A DNA stretch of 64,000 nt. It comes from Acidimicrobiales bacterium. GTDB lineage: Bacteria; Actinomycetota; Acidimicrobiia; Acidimicrobiales; SZUA-35. The position numbers and the translations under genes were made by a program. Under the pieces are notes generated by a model. The model saw nothing but the letters and a program-made list of their open reading frames with translations, was not told the DNA's origin and made no database searches. The stretch spans positions 58,130-122,129 of the forward strand of contig JABDIY010000162.1 in NCBI GenBank assembly GCA_013003535.1, given 5' to 3'. Below are positions 28,748-38,443 of the stretch, piece by piece (the stretch's first letter is position 1; the number at the start of each line of letters is the position of its first letter).

Positions 28748-29899
28748 GTGTTACCAGCCCTATTAGGCATTCTCATCATCTTGGTCCTGGCGATCGTGGT
28801 CACCGTCGCCATGGGCGTTCGGATCGTTCAGCCCTACCAGAAGGGCGTCGTCGAGCGCCTCGGCAAGTTCAAAGAGACCGTCTCCCCGGGTTTGCGGATC
28901 ATCATTCCGTTCATCGATCGCCTAAGAGCCGTCGACATGCGGGAGCAGGTCATCGACGTGCCACCGCAAGAGGTCATCACGCAAGACAACGTGACCGCGG
29001 CGGTGGACGCAGTGGTGTATTTCGAGCCAACCGATCCCCAACGGCTGCTGTACAACATCTCGAACTTCCAGCTGGCGGTCACCAAGTTGGCCCAGACAAA
29101 TCTCCGTAACGTCATCGGCGAGATGACCCTCGACGAAGCTTTCACCTCCCGTGAGCGTGTCAACAGCGCCCTACGCCAGATACTGGATGACGCAACAGAC
29201 AAGTGGGGTGTACGGGTGGTGCGGGTGGAAATCCAACGCATCGATCCTCCGGCTGACGTGATGCATGCGATGCACGAACAGATGAAAGCGGAACGAACCC
29301 GGCGGGCGGTTGTGACCGAGGCGCTCGGTTCCCGCGAGGCTGCCGTTACCCGGGCTCAGGGCGAGAAGGAGGCGGCGATCCTCTCAGCAGAGGGACGCAA
29401 GACCCGAGACATTCTCAACGCCGAAGGCGAGGCCCAAGCCGTTCAGCTTCGAGCTGAAGCCGAGCGTTATCGCCAGACGGTGGTGGCCGAGGGCGAGGCC
29501 GAAGCTGTGCATCGCGTGTACTCCGCTATTCAGGAGGCCGGCACCGACGATCGTGTGATCGCGATCAAGTATCTCGAAACATTGGCCCATATGGCCGACG
29601 GCAACGCCACCAAGATTTTCCTTCCGGCCGATATGAGTGCTGCCATGGGTGCCATTGGCGGGATTTCCGAAATGGTCAAGGAAGCCGCTTCCGAGCCGCA
29701 GCGCGGTCCGCAACAGCGCACGAAACGACCGCTACCAGCACCGCCCACCATTTCCAGCACCGAGCGTGAGACGGTAAAGGTTGACGAGATGGTGCCCGAC
29801 CTCGGGGCCGTTCCGCTGGCCGACCCCGAAATAGAAATCGAAACTGGCCGAGGCGGTCCCCCACCACCCAGGTTCACACCCCCACCACCCCGGAGCTGA
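28748..29899 (+). CDS. SPFH/band-7 (stomatin/QmcA-like) protein
   Basis: VVERLGKF, QEVITQDN, LRNVIGEMTLDE, WGVRVVRVEI, QMKAER. Confidence 0.93.
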   Translation: MLPALLGILIILVLAIVVTVAMGVRIVQPYQKGVVERLGKFKETVSPGLRIIIPFIDRLRAVDMREQVIDVPPQEVITQDNVTAAVDAVVYFEPTDPQRLLYNISNFQLAVTKLAQTNLRNVIGEMTLDEAFTSRERVNSALRQILDDATDKWGVRVVRVEIQRIDPPADVMHAMHEQMKAERTRRAVVTEALGSREAAVTRAQGEKEAAILSAEGRKTRDILNAEGEAQAVQLRAEAERYRQTVVAEGEAEAVHRVYSAIQEAGTDDRVIAIKYLETLAHMADGNATKIFLPADMSAAMGAIGGISEMVKEAASEPQRGPQQRTKRPLPAPPTISSTERETVKVDEMVPDLGAVPLADPEIEIETGRGGPPPPRFTPPPPRS

Positions 29900-29943
29900 A
29901 CAGGCTGACGCACCGGGAACTTTCCCGGTCCCCAAGGTCTCGC

Positions 29944-31167
29944 TCAATCCATCAACGGCTCTAGTTCCACTTCGCCGTTCTCTTCGTCCTCCACCATCCG
30001 CCACCCGGCCATCTCGGCCAGGGCCTCTTGTCCTTCCTCAGGACCGCTGGCCAGAATGTGGTCGCCGGCCTTGAGTCGGGCCGAGCCCCGTGGTCGATAC
30101 TGGTAGCGATCGTCTCGCTCGATCGCGAGGATGGTGAAGCCGGGCTCTACGGGCAGCTGCAGCGATTGCAGCGTGACACCGTCCATTCGACTTTCCCCAC
30201 CGACAGGCAGACGGAAGACAACGTCATCCGCGTCACCGAGCGCCATACCCAACACCGGATGCAGCTCGGTGGATTTCTCTACGAGCCACACCATCTGTTG
30301 GGCCTGGTCACCGATGTCTTCTGCGGCTCGACCAAGTTGCAGGAGGCCTCGCAGCTGGCCGGGATCGCCGACCCCCTCACCAGCCGATCGCAACACCCAC
30401 AGTTCCAGCCGGTTGTTCATCTCGTCCAGTCGGTCCTCGAGATGGCGCACTTCCGCCGCAAGACTTCGATCCTGGAGTACCAAGGCGGAGTACGCCAGAC
30501 CAACAGCAACCTCGGAGAGATCTTTCATTTCCACCAGCGTGTCAATGGCACGGTCGAGATCGGTGAGCGCCCGCGGTTCATCGATAACCGGCGGTCGCCA
30601 TTCTGGGGCACCGGCGAGCTCCCGCAGCTTCGGGATCGCGTCGGGAGAACCCCGGAATATGAGAACGTCGTCGGCCCAGAGCACGAAATCACCAGCCGGG
30701 TCCACGATCCAGTCGCGTTGCCGACGCACCGCCATGACCCTCATTCCCACCGACGTTGGCAGCTCGAACGCCCGCAACGGTTGGTTCGCAAAGCTGGAAC
30801 CCGGGGCGATCATCAGCCGATGACTGACTTCTTCGGCCACAGAAAGGTCCTGAAGTAGCTCCGGTGGTATCCCGAGTTTGCGGGTAACGATACGAGTGAT
30901 GTCTACCGCATCGTCACCTATTCGTTCGACCGCAGCCACGACCTGGAGCACCGCGGCCATGGATTCAGCCTCCCGCGGGTGCCGAACCGCCACGATGCAC
31001 AGAGCTCGCATGTCGTAGACGAGTTGGTTGAGTTTGGTCTCGAGGCTGGACACTTCATCGGCCATATCGGGGTCGTTGAAGTAGAGCGCGGCGTAGGCCA
31101 AGTCCACCATGAGTTCGCTCGTGTCCTTCGCCTCGGCGAGCATGGTGCGCATGTTTCGGCTGTCCAT
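29944..31167 (-). CDS. (PhoU-like + TrkA-C/RCK_C) x2 regulatory protein
   Basis: Duplicated MKD.SE..VDLAY(A/S)AL segments, each followed by an RCK_C-like MRVMAVRR/TILAIERD...GD.I...G motif. Confidence 0.8.
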   Translation of the reverse strand: MDSRNMRTMLAEAKDTSELMVDLAYAALYFNDPDMADEVSSLETKLNQLVYDMRALCIVAVRHPREAESMAAVLQVVAAVERIGDDAVDITRIVTRKLGIPPELLQDLSVAEEVSHRLMIAPGSSFANQPLRAFELPTSVGMRVMAVRRQRDWIVDPAGDFVLWADDVLIFRGSPDAIPKLRELAGAPEWRPPVIDEPRALTDLDRAIDTLVEMKDLSEVAVGLAYSALVLQDRSLAAEVRHLEDRLDEMNNRLELWVLRSAGEGVGDPGQLRGLLQLGRAAEDIGDQAQQMVWLVEKSTELHPVLGMALGDADDVVFRLPVGGESRMDGVTLQSLQLPVEPGFTILAIERDDRYQYRPRGSARLKAGDHILASGPEEGQEALAEMAGWRMVEDEENGEVELEPLMD

Positions 31168-31255
31168 CAGAGGGCGTGCCTTACTTTCGGTGAGAGGGGC
31201 CTGCACGCCGTTGAGCAAACAGACCGTAATGAATGACTAGCAAAGAATAAGTGGG

Positions 31256-32527
31256 TCACGCCACCCTCCAGAAAATCACCGCGGCGACCAGCGAGAGGGC
31301 TCCCACGACGTCGAGCGTGGCGGTGACGAGAGGGATTCCGGTGTTGTCTGGATCCAGACCGAACCGGACCGTGGCGAGCGTTCCGAAGTACGCAACGGCC
31401 AGGACGAACACCGTGGCTGCCAGACCGCCCGTCACAGCAACAGCAACGAGGAGCAGCAAGCCCGGCGATTCCTGATTGGCAACGGCGGCGGTGGCGTGAG
31501 CAATGCAGGCAAGAAGGGCAAAGATTGGTGTTGCGAGAGCGGCGGTGAAGGCCATGTCGGACCGGGCGGCGGCTGACGGCCAAAAGCTGAAATCCACCAA
31601 ACCAAGGTGCACCTTGGTTGAGAGACGGTTGGCGAGGATCCCGCCGAGAGCTCCCGCACTGCCCAGGTATCCAGGTAGGAGGACAAGCATCACCCAGCTA
31701 AGTCGGTCCTCCGAGGCCTCGATCGCAACGCCGGCCAAGAGCGACAAAGACCCTGCCACCAGGAGCACGGGCAGCGACTCACCAACGATCCGGCGTGCCA
31801 TCGTGAGGCCAGAACGGTGGAGCCAAAGGGTCAGAAGGATCGTGAGAATCGTGAGGGCGGCGGCGGTAAGGACGGTGGAGTTCCCTCTACGAACAAGTCC
31901 CAACGAAAGTACGAGGGCCGGAAGGGTGATGAGATCACTCGCCGCGGTGACCATGGGTGCCACCACATTGTCGAGGTCGAGGTCGAGGCGTACGGCGGCC
32001 AGCGCCAGGACCAACGTGAAGCCGAGCACCACCACCGATGCCAAGATCCCCCCCAAGACGCCGGCCACAACGAAGTCAGCGAAACCGATCGGCGCTACCC
32101 CTGCAGTACGGAGAAAAAGGGCTAAGAGTTCGGCTACCACCGAAATCCCGAGACTGGCCGTGAGGGTGTTTACAAGGACGGCGATCAGGTTTTGGCCGAG
32201 GATCGAATCCCGCCGCCAGGTCCATGAGAACGTACCCATCTGGATCGTGGTGGACAGGCGACTCCCCAGCGGGCCGAACACATTGCCCCGTAGGCCAATA
32301 GCGGCGGGGATGAACAGCAACAGGCCGGGGAGCGTGCGAAAGTTCTCCTCCTGACTCGCGAGCGTGAGCCCGGCCACGACACTGGTCACCGCACTGAAGG
32401 CAAGAGCGGCCAGACTTTGCCCCGCATCGCCCTTGGCCGGCCCGAGAATGCCGCCCAGTGGTCGCCAACGAAGGCGAGGAACGGTGAGGCGGACTCGACC
32501 TACCGAGCGAGGACGCGGGCTGGACAC
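31256..32527 (-). CDS. MgtE/SLC41-type divalent cation transporter (duplicated membrane domain, no CBS)
   Basis: PAAIGLRGN...LDLDNVVAPMVTAASD and GALGGIL...LDPDNTGIPLVTATLD repeats. Confidence 0.82.
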   Translation of the reverse strand: MSSPRPRSVGRVRLTVPRLRWRPLGGILGPAKGDAGQSLAALAFSAVTSVVAGLTLASQEENFRTLPGLLLFIPAAIGLRGNVFGPLGSRLSTTIQMGTFSWTWRRDSILGQNLIAVLVNTLTASLGISVVAELLALFLRTAGVAPIGFADFVVAGVLGGILASVVVLGFTLVLALAAVRLDLDLDNVVAPMVTAASDLITLPALVLSLGLVRRGNSTVLTAAALTILTILLTLWLHRSGLTMARRIVGESLPVLLVAGSLSLLAGVAIEASEDRLSWVMLVLLPGYLGSAGALGGILANRLSTKVHLGLVDFSFWPSAAARSDMAFTAALATPIFALLACIAHATAAVANQESPGLLLLVAVAVTGGLAATVFVLAVAYFGTLATVRFGLDPDNTGIPLVTATLDVVGALSLVAAVIFWRVA

Positions 32528-32568
32528 GCAAGCGAGGGTAGACCGCGCCGGATGCTTGATCCGCACTA

Positions 32569-33216
32569 ATGTCTGACCTGATGTTTCCGGTTTGTCTGAG
32601 GCGCAGTGTCCTCGTTCCCGTCCTGGGATTTGTGCTCGTCGTGGCCAGCGGTTGCGCCAACGACGGCAAGGAGCTAGCTGCGGCCAAGCCGTGGCAAACA
32701 ACAACCACCCGACCACTCCCGCCAACCTCGGCTCCAGACCAGGAAGTTGGCATCGACGGGATGACCTTCACCTCACCAGATTTTGTCGCCGGAGGCGACG
32801 CACCGGTTTCAGCAACCTGTGCCGGCGCCAACTTGCACCCGGGGTTCGAATGGGCCAACCTGCCCGAGGGCACGGCGGAATTGGGCATCACCCTGAGCGA
32901 CCAAACAGATCCGGAGAACCCGCTGCTCCTTTGGCTCATGGCCGGACTGAATCCCGCCGCCGGCGAGCTGCTTCAAGGGGACCTTCCAGGTGGTTCCTTC
33001 GAGACGCTGAACGACTATGGGCAGCCAGGCTGGGGGAATCCTTGTTTGGAGAGTTTTCAGAATGGGCGACGGGACCTGCAATTTCGCCTCTATGCCCTGG
33101 ATCGACCATCGGAGATCGCCCCTGGCGCCCCTGGGAACACGGCCTGGGATGAGTTGGCGGCTCGCTCCGTGGATTCGGCAACCGTCCTCATGCGGATAAC
33201 GAGCAACAGCGGTTAG
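32569..33216 (+). CDS. YbhB/YbcL (PEBP) family lipoprotein
   Basis: Lipobox VASGC, LHPGFEWANLPEGTAELGITLSD, FRLYALD. Confidence 0.85.
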   Translation: MSDLMFPVCLRRSVLVPVLGFVLVVASGCANDGKELAAAKPWQTTTTRPLPPTSAPDQEVGIDGMTFTSPDFVAGGDAPVSATCAGANLHPGFEWANLPEGTAELGITLSDQTDPENPLLLWLMAGLNPAAGELLQGDLPGGSFETLNDYGQPGWGNPCLESFQNGRRDLQFRLYALDRPSEIAPGAPGNTAWDELAARSVDSATVLMRITSNSG

Positions 33217-33249
33217 CCGCAGGCGTCCACACACAGTCTCGAACGACCG

Positions 33250-33465
33250 AACTTCAGTGCGCTCGGCCGGCCAGAGCGATCCGCCTCGCTCGGCCGAGCG
33301 CCCCTGCAGTTTGACGTCTGCGACAGTCCCGGTTCGGCCATGGTGGCGCTGAGACCAAGCGAAGGACTCTCGCACCCATCGAGATGAAACTCGCTCGGCT
33401 CTCTCAAGGAGACCCAGGCCAACCGAACCGGGACTGTACAGACAACCCGGCGGCATCCGGGTCTT
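33250..33465 (-). ncRNA. Structured ncRNA candidate (Ms1/6S-like architecture)
   Basis: Minus-strand TACAGT -10 box at 33472-77. 5' hairpin 33445-33462. Perfect 15-bp stem 33323-37/33423-37 extended by GTCTG/CAGAC. 3' 11-bp hairpin 33259-69/33291-301. No credible ORF. Confidence 0.65.
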
Positions 33466-33583
33466 GTGACTACTGTAAGTGGCGATATCTCACATGGAGA
33501 AGGGGAATTCTCCCTGTTCTGTGGAGTAGTTCCGCCTGTTGCATTGCACCCGTACAGCTTCTGGGCACCGGTAGGGTTTTGCG

Positions 33584-34393
33584 GTGGTAGCCGATGAGTT
33601 CAGCGCCCATAGTGTGCCCGTCAGTCCTGCGGCCACGGTGCTGGTCTTGCGGGATCACCCTGACCTGCAGGTTCTCATGGTCCGCCGAACCAGAACGGTC
33701 GCCTTCGCACCCGATGCCTGGGTCTTTCCCGGCGGTCGGGTGGACGCCGCCGATTTCGATTCGTCGCTCTTTGACGCCTGCGATCAACTGTCCGATGCCG
33801 ACGCTTCTCGCCGACTCGATGTTGACGATGGTGGGTTAGCATGGTGGGTGGCCGCCGCCCGAGAGGTTTTGGAGGAATCCACGATCCTGCTCGGAGAATC
33901 GCCGCGGATGGCTGTGCCGGATCTCGCCGCACAACTCCGGACCGCTCCCGATTCCTTCGCATCGTTGGTGAAACAGCAGGAGGTTCGCTTCGACTGCTCC
34001 CTGGTGCAGGAAGTGGCTCGGTTCATAACCCCTTTGGGTCCACCCCGTCGCTTCGATGCCCGATTCTTCGTCGCTCGAATGCCCGAAGGTCAGGAAGCGA
34101 TGCACGATGACGGCGAGATCGTGGACTTGAAATGGGTGAATCCAATCCAGGCGTTGTCCCACCATGCCAAGGGGACCTTCGGGATGATCTCACCGACAAT
34201 TCGAATGCTCCGGACATTGGAGCGATTCACCTCGGTTGCGCATGTGATGGAGGTGGCCGCTGAATGCCGTCCGTATCAGACCATTCGTGTGGCCGATCCC
34301 GACGGCGAGTACCGAGTGCTCTTGCCGGGAGATGAAGGTTACGACAGCGCCAGTGGCCTCATCGAAAAGGGTCACATTCGCCTCTATCTCTGA
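33584..34393 (+). CDS. NUDIX hydrolase (Nudt19-like)
   Basis: AATVLVLRD, WVFPGGRVD, AAAREVLEES, RRFDARFF. TAGGGT 6 nt upstream. Confidence 0.88.
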   Translation: MVADEFSAHSVPVSPAATVLVLRDHPDLQVLMVRRTRTVAFAPDAWVFPGGRVDAADFDSSLFDACDQLSDADASRRLDVDDGGLAWWVAAAREVLEESTILLGESPRMAVPDLAAQLRTAPDSFASLVKQQEVRFDCSLVQEVARFITPLGPPRRFDARFFVARMPEGQEAMHDDGEIVDLKWVNPIQALSHHAKGTFGMISPTIRMLRTLERFTSVAHVMEVAAECRPYQTIRVADPDGEYRVLLPGDEGYDSASGLIEKGHIRLYL

Positions 34394-34442
34394 CTCCGGA
34401 GGTTTGGAACAGTGGCAGCTCACAATTGCGATTAGGCAACTT

Positions 34443-34480
34443 GGCAGCGCAGGATCACGCCAGCGCAAACCTCATCTGCC
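34443..34480. repeat. Degenerate 38-bp GGCAG...CTGCC intergenic element
   Basis: 29/38 identical to 50027-50064. Confidence 0.6.
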
Positions 34481-34518
34481 GCCTTCACATCTGCGGCGTC
34501 GATGAAGAGGTTGAGCCG

Positions 34519-34767
34519 CTAGCGGCGGGCGCGGGACTTGGCAGCTTTGATCAGGCGCAGAGCCGCCGCCCCAACCAAGGCCATCTCACTGATCGAGACA
34601 CCGGTTCCTCCGGGACTACTTGGGGCTCCCAACTTCGCGGCGGTTTCGTCGCTGATCAGTCCCCGCCGGTTAGCGAAACGAAGCACCAGGCCACCGACCA
34701 ACGCTAGATCGGCGATGCGGGTGAGAACGGAAAACCGTCGAGAAACAGTGTTGCGGAGAAGCCCCAT
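34519..34767 (-). CDS. 82-aa hypothetical protein with two hydrophobic helices
   Basis: Starts 10 nt after the dnaE2 stop, likely co-transcribed. Confidence 0.6.
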   Translation of the reverse strand: MGLLRNTVSRRFSVLTRIADLALVGGLVLRFANRRGLISDETAAKLGAPSSPGGTGVSISEMALVGAAALRLIKAAKSRARR

Positions 34768-34777
34768 GCACTTGAAA

Positions 34778-37700
34778 CTAGCGGAAATCTCGGCTCATCG
34801 AAGCGGCTCCGATCTTCAGCGGATCCATTCGCTCGGCCACAATGTTGATCACCGGGGTGGCCCCGGTTTCGGTTCGCTCCAGCCGACCCCGAATGATAAG
34901 CGCAGGGTTGTTCCGGGCAACCCTTCTGAAACGAGCCCAGCAGCCAACACTCACCACGACGTTCATCAATCCCGTCTCATCCTCAAGACCCATGAAGGTG
35001 ACCCCTGATGCCGTTGCCGGCCGCTGGCGATGGGTTACCACTCCCCCGATCATTACTCTCTGACCGTGTTCCACCGATGCCAACTCAGTTGCACGAAGTG
35101 CGCCCATTCTGTCCAAATCAGGTCGCAGAAAAATGGTGGGGTGACCTTCAGCCGCCACACGGGTTGCCCATAGATCAGCCAATGCCTCCTCTTGTTTGCC
35201 CATACCCGGCAGTTGGGGGGCATGAACTCCGGTAACAATTCCGGGCAACGTGTTGGGCTTGTTGGCAGCCGCTACCGCCCCGGCGGTCCACAGAGCCTGA
35301 CGACGATCAGAGCCGAAGGAGTCGAAACAGCCAGCGGTAGCCATTGCCTCAACCTGTTCTTTGGTGACGCCGGTCTTACGAACCAACTGTTCGATCGATG
35401 TATAGGGCCGGTTGGTGGCGATGGTCTCAGCCATGTCTTCACCGATCCCCCGCACCGAGCCGATCCCCAACCGCACCGCCCACCCATGGTCAAACTGATG
35501 CGGCCACGTGGCACTACCAAGTTCAGAGATGAACTCCGGGGGGGGAAACTGTCCGTCCGGAGCATGTAATTCCGCATCTGCGCCCGAAGCATTGATGTCG
35601 GGGCTTCGTGTGGCAACTCCATGGCGGCGAGCGTCTTGCACCAGCGAATGAGGTGAGTAGAAACCCATCGGTTGGGCGTTCAGCAAAGCCGCACAAAACG
35701 CCGCGGGGTAATGAAGCTTGATCCAACTGGAGGCATACACCAGATATGCAAAAGAGATGGAGTGGCTCTCGGGAAAACCGTAGTTTGCGAAGGCGACGAG
35801 CTTGACCCAGATCTGCTCCTGGACATCGGGCTCCACATCCCGTTCGGCCATACCGGCATACAGCCGCTCCTGGAGCTGCAGCATTCGCTTCACGCTGCGT
35901 TTGGAACCCATCGCCCGCCGCAGCTCATCGGCCTCGGACGGGGTGAACCCAGAAACGTCGATCGCCATCTGCATGAGCTGTTCCTGAAACAACGGGATTC
36001 CCAGCGTCTTCTCCAATGCCGGTTTCAGCAGTGGGTGCAGATAGGTCACCGGCTCCTCTCCATTGCGTCTGCGAATATATGGATGAACCGACCCACCTTG
36101 AATAGGTCCGGGCCGAATCAAGGCAATCTCCACCACCAGGTCATAGAAGTTTCGGGGCTTCAGGCGCGGCAGGGTGCTCATCTGAGCCCGGGATTCCACT
36201 TGGAACACACCAACCGAATCAGCCCGACAAAGCATCTCATAGACCTCCTCTTCCTGGGGAAGGGCAGCTAGATCGATGCGCGTACCGTGATGCTCCTCGA
36301 TCATGTCGATGGCGTAGTGGAGGGCACTCAACATGCCAAGGCCAAGGAGATCGAATTTTACCAGGCCGGCAATTGCACAGTCTTCTTTGTCCCATTGCAG
36401 AACAGTTCGGTCTTTCATTCGCCCCCACTCAACGGGGCACACCTCGATCACCGGACGATCACACATCACCATCCCACCGGAATGAATCCCCAAATGCCGA
36501 GGTAGGTCCTCGAACTCGACCGCAAGGTCCAAAACATCATCTGGAAGTTCTCTAACTCCCTCCGGGGGCCGTTCACCGCCACGGAGGCTCGCCTGCCCGG
36601 CACTCCCATAACTTCTACGTGACCCCAAACTCCGATCACTCACCGGACCTCCTCCCTCCGGGGGCCGTTCACCGCCACGGAGGCTCGCCTGCCCGGCATT
36701 GCTCACCGGACCTCCTCCCGAGTGGCGGCGAGCGGCGGCGTGAGACAACCCAGACCAGCGGTCGATGCTCTTGGAAAAAGCGTCTTGTTGGCCGGGGGCA
36801 TAACCAAGAGCCTTGGCTGCATCGCGCACTGCTGACTTGGCTCGGTAAGTGATTACGTTGGCCACCTGGGCGGCATGGCGTCGACCATGCCGTTCATACA
36901 CGTATTGGATGGCCTCCTCCCGTCGGTCGGACTCGATGTCCAGGTCGATGTCGGGTGGCCCATCACGCTCAGGAGCAAGGAACCGTTCGAACAACAGGCC
37001 GAGGCTCACCGCATCAGCCTTGGTGATCCCCAGCACATAGCAGACCGCAGAGTTTGCCGCACTCCCCCGACCCTGACACAGAATGTCCGACCGTCTGCAG
37101 AACTCCACGATGTCCCACACCACCAAGAAATAACCGGCGAACCCAAGGTGTTCGATCAGGTCGAGTTCGTGGTCCAGTTGTTTCCATGCACCGGGCACAA
37201 ATTCATCACTTCTGCTGCCATAGCGATAGACGCCGGCTTCCTCTACCAGATGCCGGAGAAATCCCATCTCGTCCATCCCATTAGGGGTGGGATAGGGCGG
37301 GAGAGCGGGAGCTACGAGAGTCAAGTCGAAGGCGCAGTCCAAACCCACGTTGGCCGCCAGTTCCACCGCCCCGGGGTAGCGGGCAAAGCGACGGGCTTGT
37401 TCGGCACCGGACCGAAGGTGTGCTCCGGGCGAAGGTGGCAGCCATCCCACGATGTCATCCAACGACGAACGGGCCCGCACTGCGGCCATCGCCGCCGCCA
37501 GCCGATGCTTGTTGGGTGTTGCGTAATGCACGTTGTTGGTGGCAAGAATTCCCAGATTGCGACGATGGGCCAATTGGACGAGAGCATCGTTGCGAACCGA
37601 GTCGAGAGGCGAACCGTGGTCCCACAGCTCAACGAACACGTTGGAGGACCCGAAGAGGTTCACCAATTCTGCCATCTCCCGATCGGCCGCTGACGGTCCG

Positions 37701-38341
37701 TGTGCTTCCAGCGCCGCTGGCACCATTCCTTTCCGGCAACCGGTGAGGGCCACAAGATGCTGAGCCTCTCCGGGTTGAAGCCAGGTGCCGATGTCGGCGA
37801 AGACCATATTGGGAGCGGTCTTCTCCCCGGCTAATTGTGACTCGCTGATCACCCGGGCCAAGGCGGCATAACCCATGGGATCCTTGGCCAACACCAACAG
37901 ATGGGAACCGTGGGGATCTGGCTCGGGAAGGGCGCCAGATTTCGGGGGGCGGGGATGGCCAAGAGTTAGTTCAGCACCGAAGATCGTGGGAAGACCAACG
38001 GTTCGGGCCGCCTGAGCAAACCGGGGAACCGCATAGAAGCCGTCGTGGTCGGTGATGGCCAAGGCGCTCAATCCCAGCCGGGCGGCCTCTTCCACCAGAT
38101 CCTCGGGGTCTGAAGCACCGTCGAGAAAACTGAAGCTGGAATGACAGTGAAGCTCGGCATAGGGCGTGGCTCCAGGAACCGAAACGATTGATCGGTCCGG
38201 CTCAAACGACTCCCGCTTGCGGCTCCACGCCGGGCTGTCACCGCCATCGGCGCCAGGGAAGTCTTCGCGTTGCAGCGGACGGTTGTCACTGAGCTTGCGC
38301 TCGATCTCCTTCCACGGCATCGGTGGGTTCATCCATCCCAT
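34778..38341 (-). CDS. dnaE2: Error-prone DNA polymerase III alpha subunit
   Basis: MGWMNPPMPW N-terminus, PHP (HCHSSFSFLDG), RGSAANS, PPDIDLD, HLGIHSGG, KFDLLGLG, SRDFR C-terminus typical of DnaE2. Confidence 0.96.
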   Translation of the reverse strand: MGWMNPPMPWKEIERKLSDNRPLQREDFPGADGGDSPAWSRKRESFEPDRSIVSVPGATPYAELHCHSSFSFLDGASDPEDLVEEAARLGLSALAITDHDGFYAVPRFAQAARTVGLPTIFGAELTLGHPRPPKSGALPEPDPHGSHLLVLAKDPMGYAALARVISESQLAGEKTAPNMVFADIGTWLQPGEAQHLVALTGCRKGMVPAALEAHGPSAADREMAELVNLFGSSNVFVELWDHGSPLDSVRNDALVQLAHRRNLGILATNNVHYATPNKHRLAAAMAAVRARSSLDDIVGWLPPSPGAHLRSGAEQARRFARYPGAVELAANVGLDCAFDLTLVAPALPPYPTPNGMDEMGFLRHLVEEAGVYRYGSRSDEFVPGAWKQLDHELDLIEHLGFAGYFLVVWDIVEFCRRSDILCQGRGSAANSAVCYVLGITKADAVSLGLLFERFLAPERDGPPDIDLDIESDRREEAIQYVYERHGRRHAAQVANVITYRAKSAVRDAAKALGYAPGQQDAFSKSIDRWSGLSHAAARRHSGGGPVSNAGQASLRGGERPPEGGGPVSDRSLGSRRSYGSAGQASLRGGERPPEGVRELPDDVLDLAVEFEDLPRHLGIHSGGMVMCDRPVIEVCPVEWGRMKDRTVLQWDKEDCAIAGLVKFDLLGLGMLSALHYAIDMIEEHHGTRIDLAALPQEEEVYEMLCRADSVGVFQVESRAQMSTLPRLKPRNFYDLVVEIALIRPGPIQGGSVHPYIRRRNGEEPVTYLHPLLKPALEKTLGIPLFQEQLMQMAIDVSGFTPSEADELRRAMGSKRSVKRMLQLQERLYAGMAERDVEPDVQEQIWVKLVAFANYGFPESHSISFAYLVYASSWIKLHYPAAFCAALLNAQPMGFYSPHSLVQDARRHGVATRSPDINASGADAELHAPDGQFPPPEFISELGSATWPHQFDHGWAVRLGIGSVRGIGEDMAETIATNRPYTSIEQLVRKTGVTKEQVEAMATAGCFDSFGSDRRQALWTAGAVAAANKPNTLPGIVTGVHAPQLPGMGKQEEALADLWATRVAAEGHPTIFLRPDLDRMGALRATELASVEHGQRVMIGGVVTHRQRPATASGVTFMGLEDETGLMNVVVSVGCWARFRRVARNNPALIIRGRLERTETGATPVINIVAERMDPLKIGAASMSRDFR
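36556..36719. repeat. In-frame duplicated 47-bp hairpin element inside dnaE2
   Basis: Identical copies 36556-36602 and 36652-36698 (96-nt period). CTCACCGGACCTCCTCCC at 36639 and 36702. Confidence 0.9.
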
Positions 38342-38358
38342 AGGGGAAGCGATGATAG

Positions 38359-38372
38359 CGAACGTTTGTTCG
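38359..38372 (-). promoter_or_regulatory. LexA SOS box in the dnaE2 promoter
   Basis: CGAAC-GTTT-GTTCG lying between minus-strand TGGACA (38376-81) and TATCAT (38352-57), 18-nt spacer. Confidence 0.9.
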
Positions 38373-38443
38373 CTCTGTCCAGATAGGCTCCGGAGGACTG
38401 GCTTGGAAACACTAGGGAACCGATTGCTCATCGGCGGCGTCAC

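Noticed and set aside
33250-33465. Identification as tRNA, tmRNA, RNase P, SRP RNA or a cobalamin riboswitch
   Set aside because: None of their hallmark motifs is present (T-loop GTTCGA/CCA end, GAGGAAAGTCC, GGAAGGAAGCAG, B12 box).
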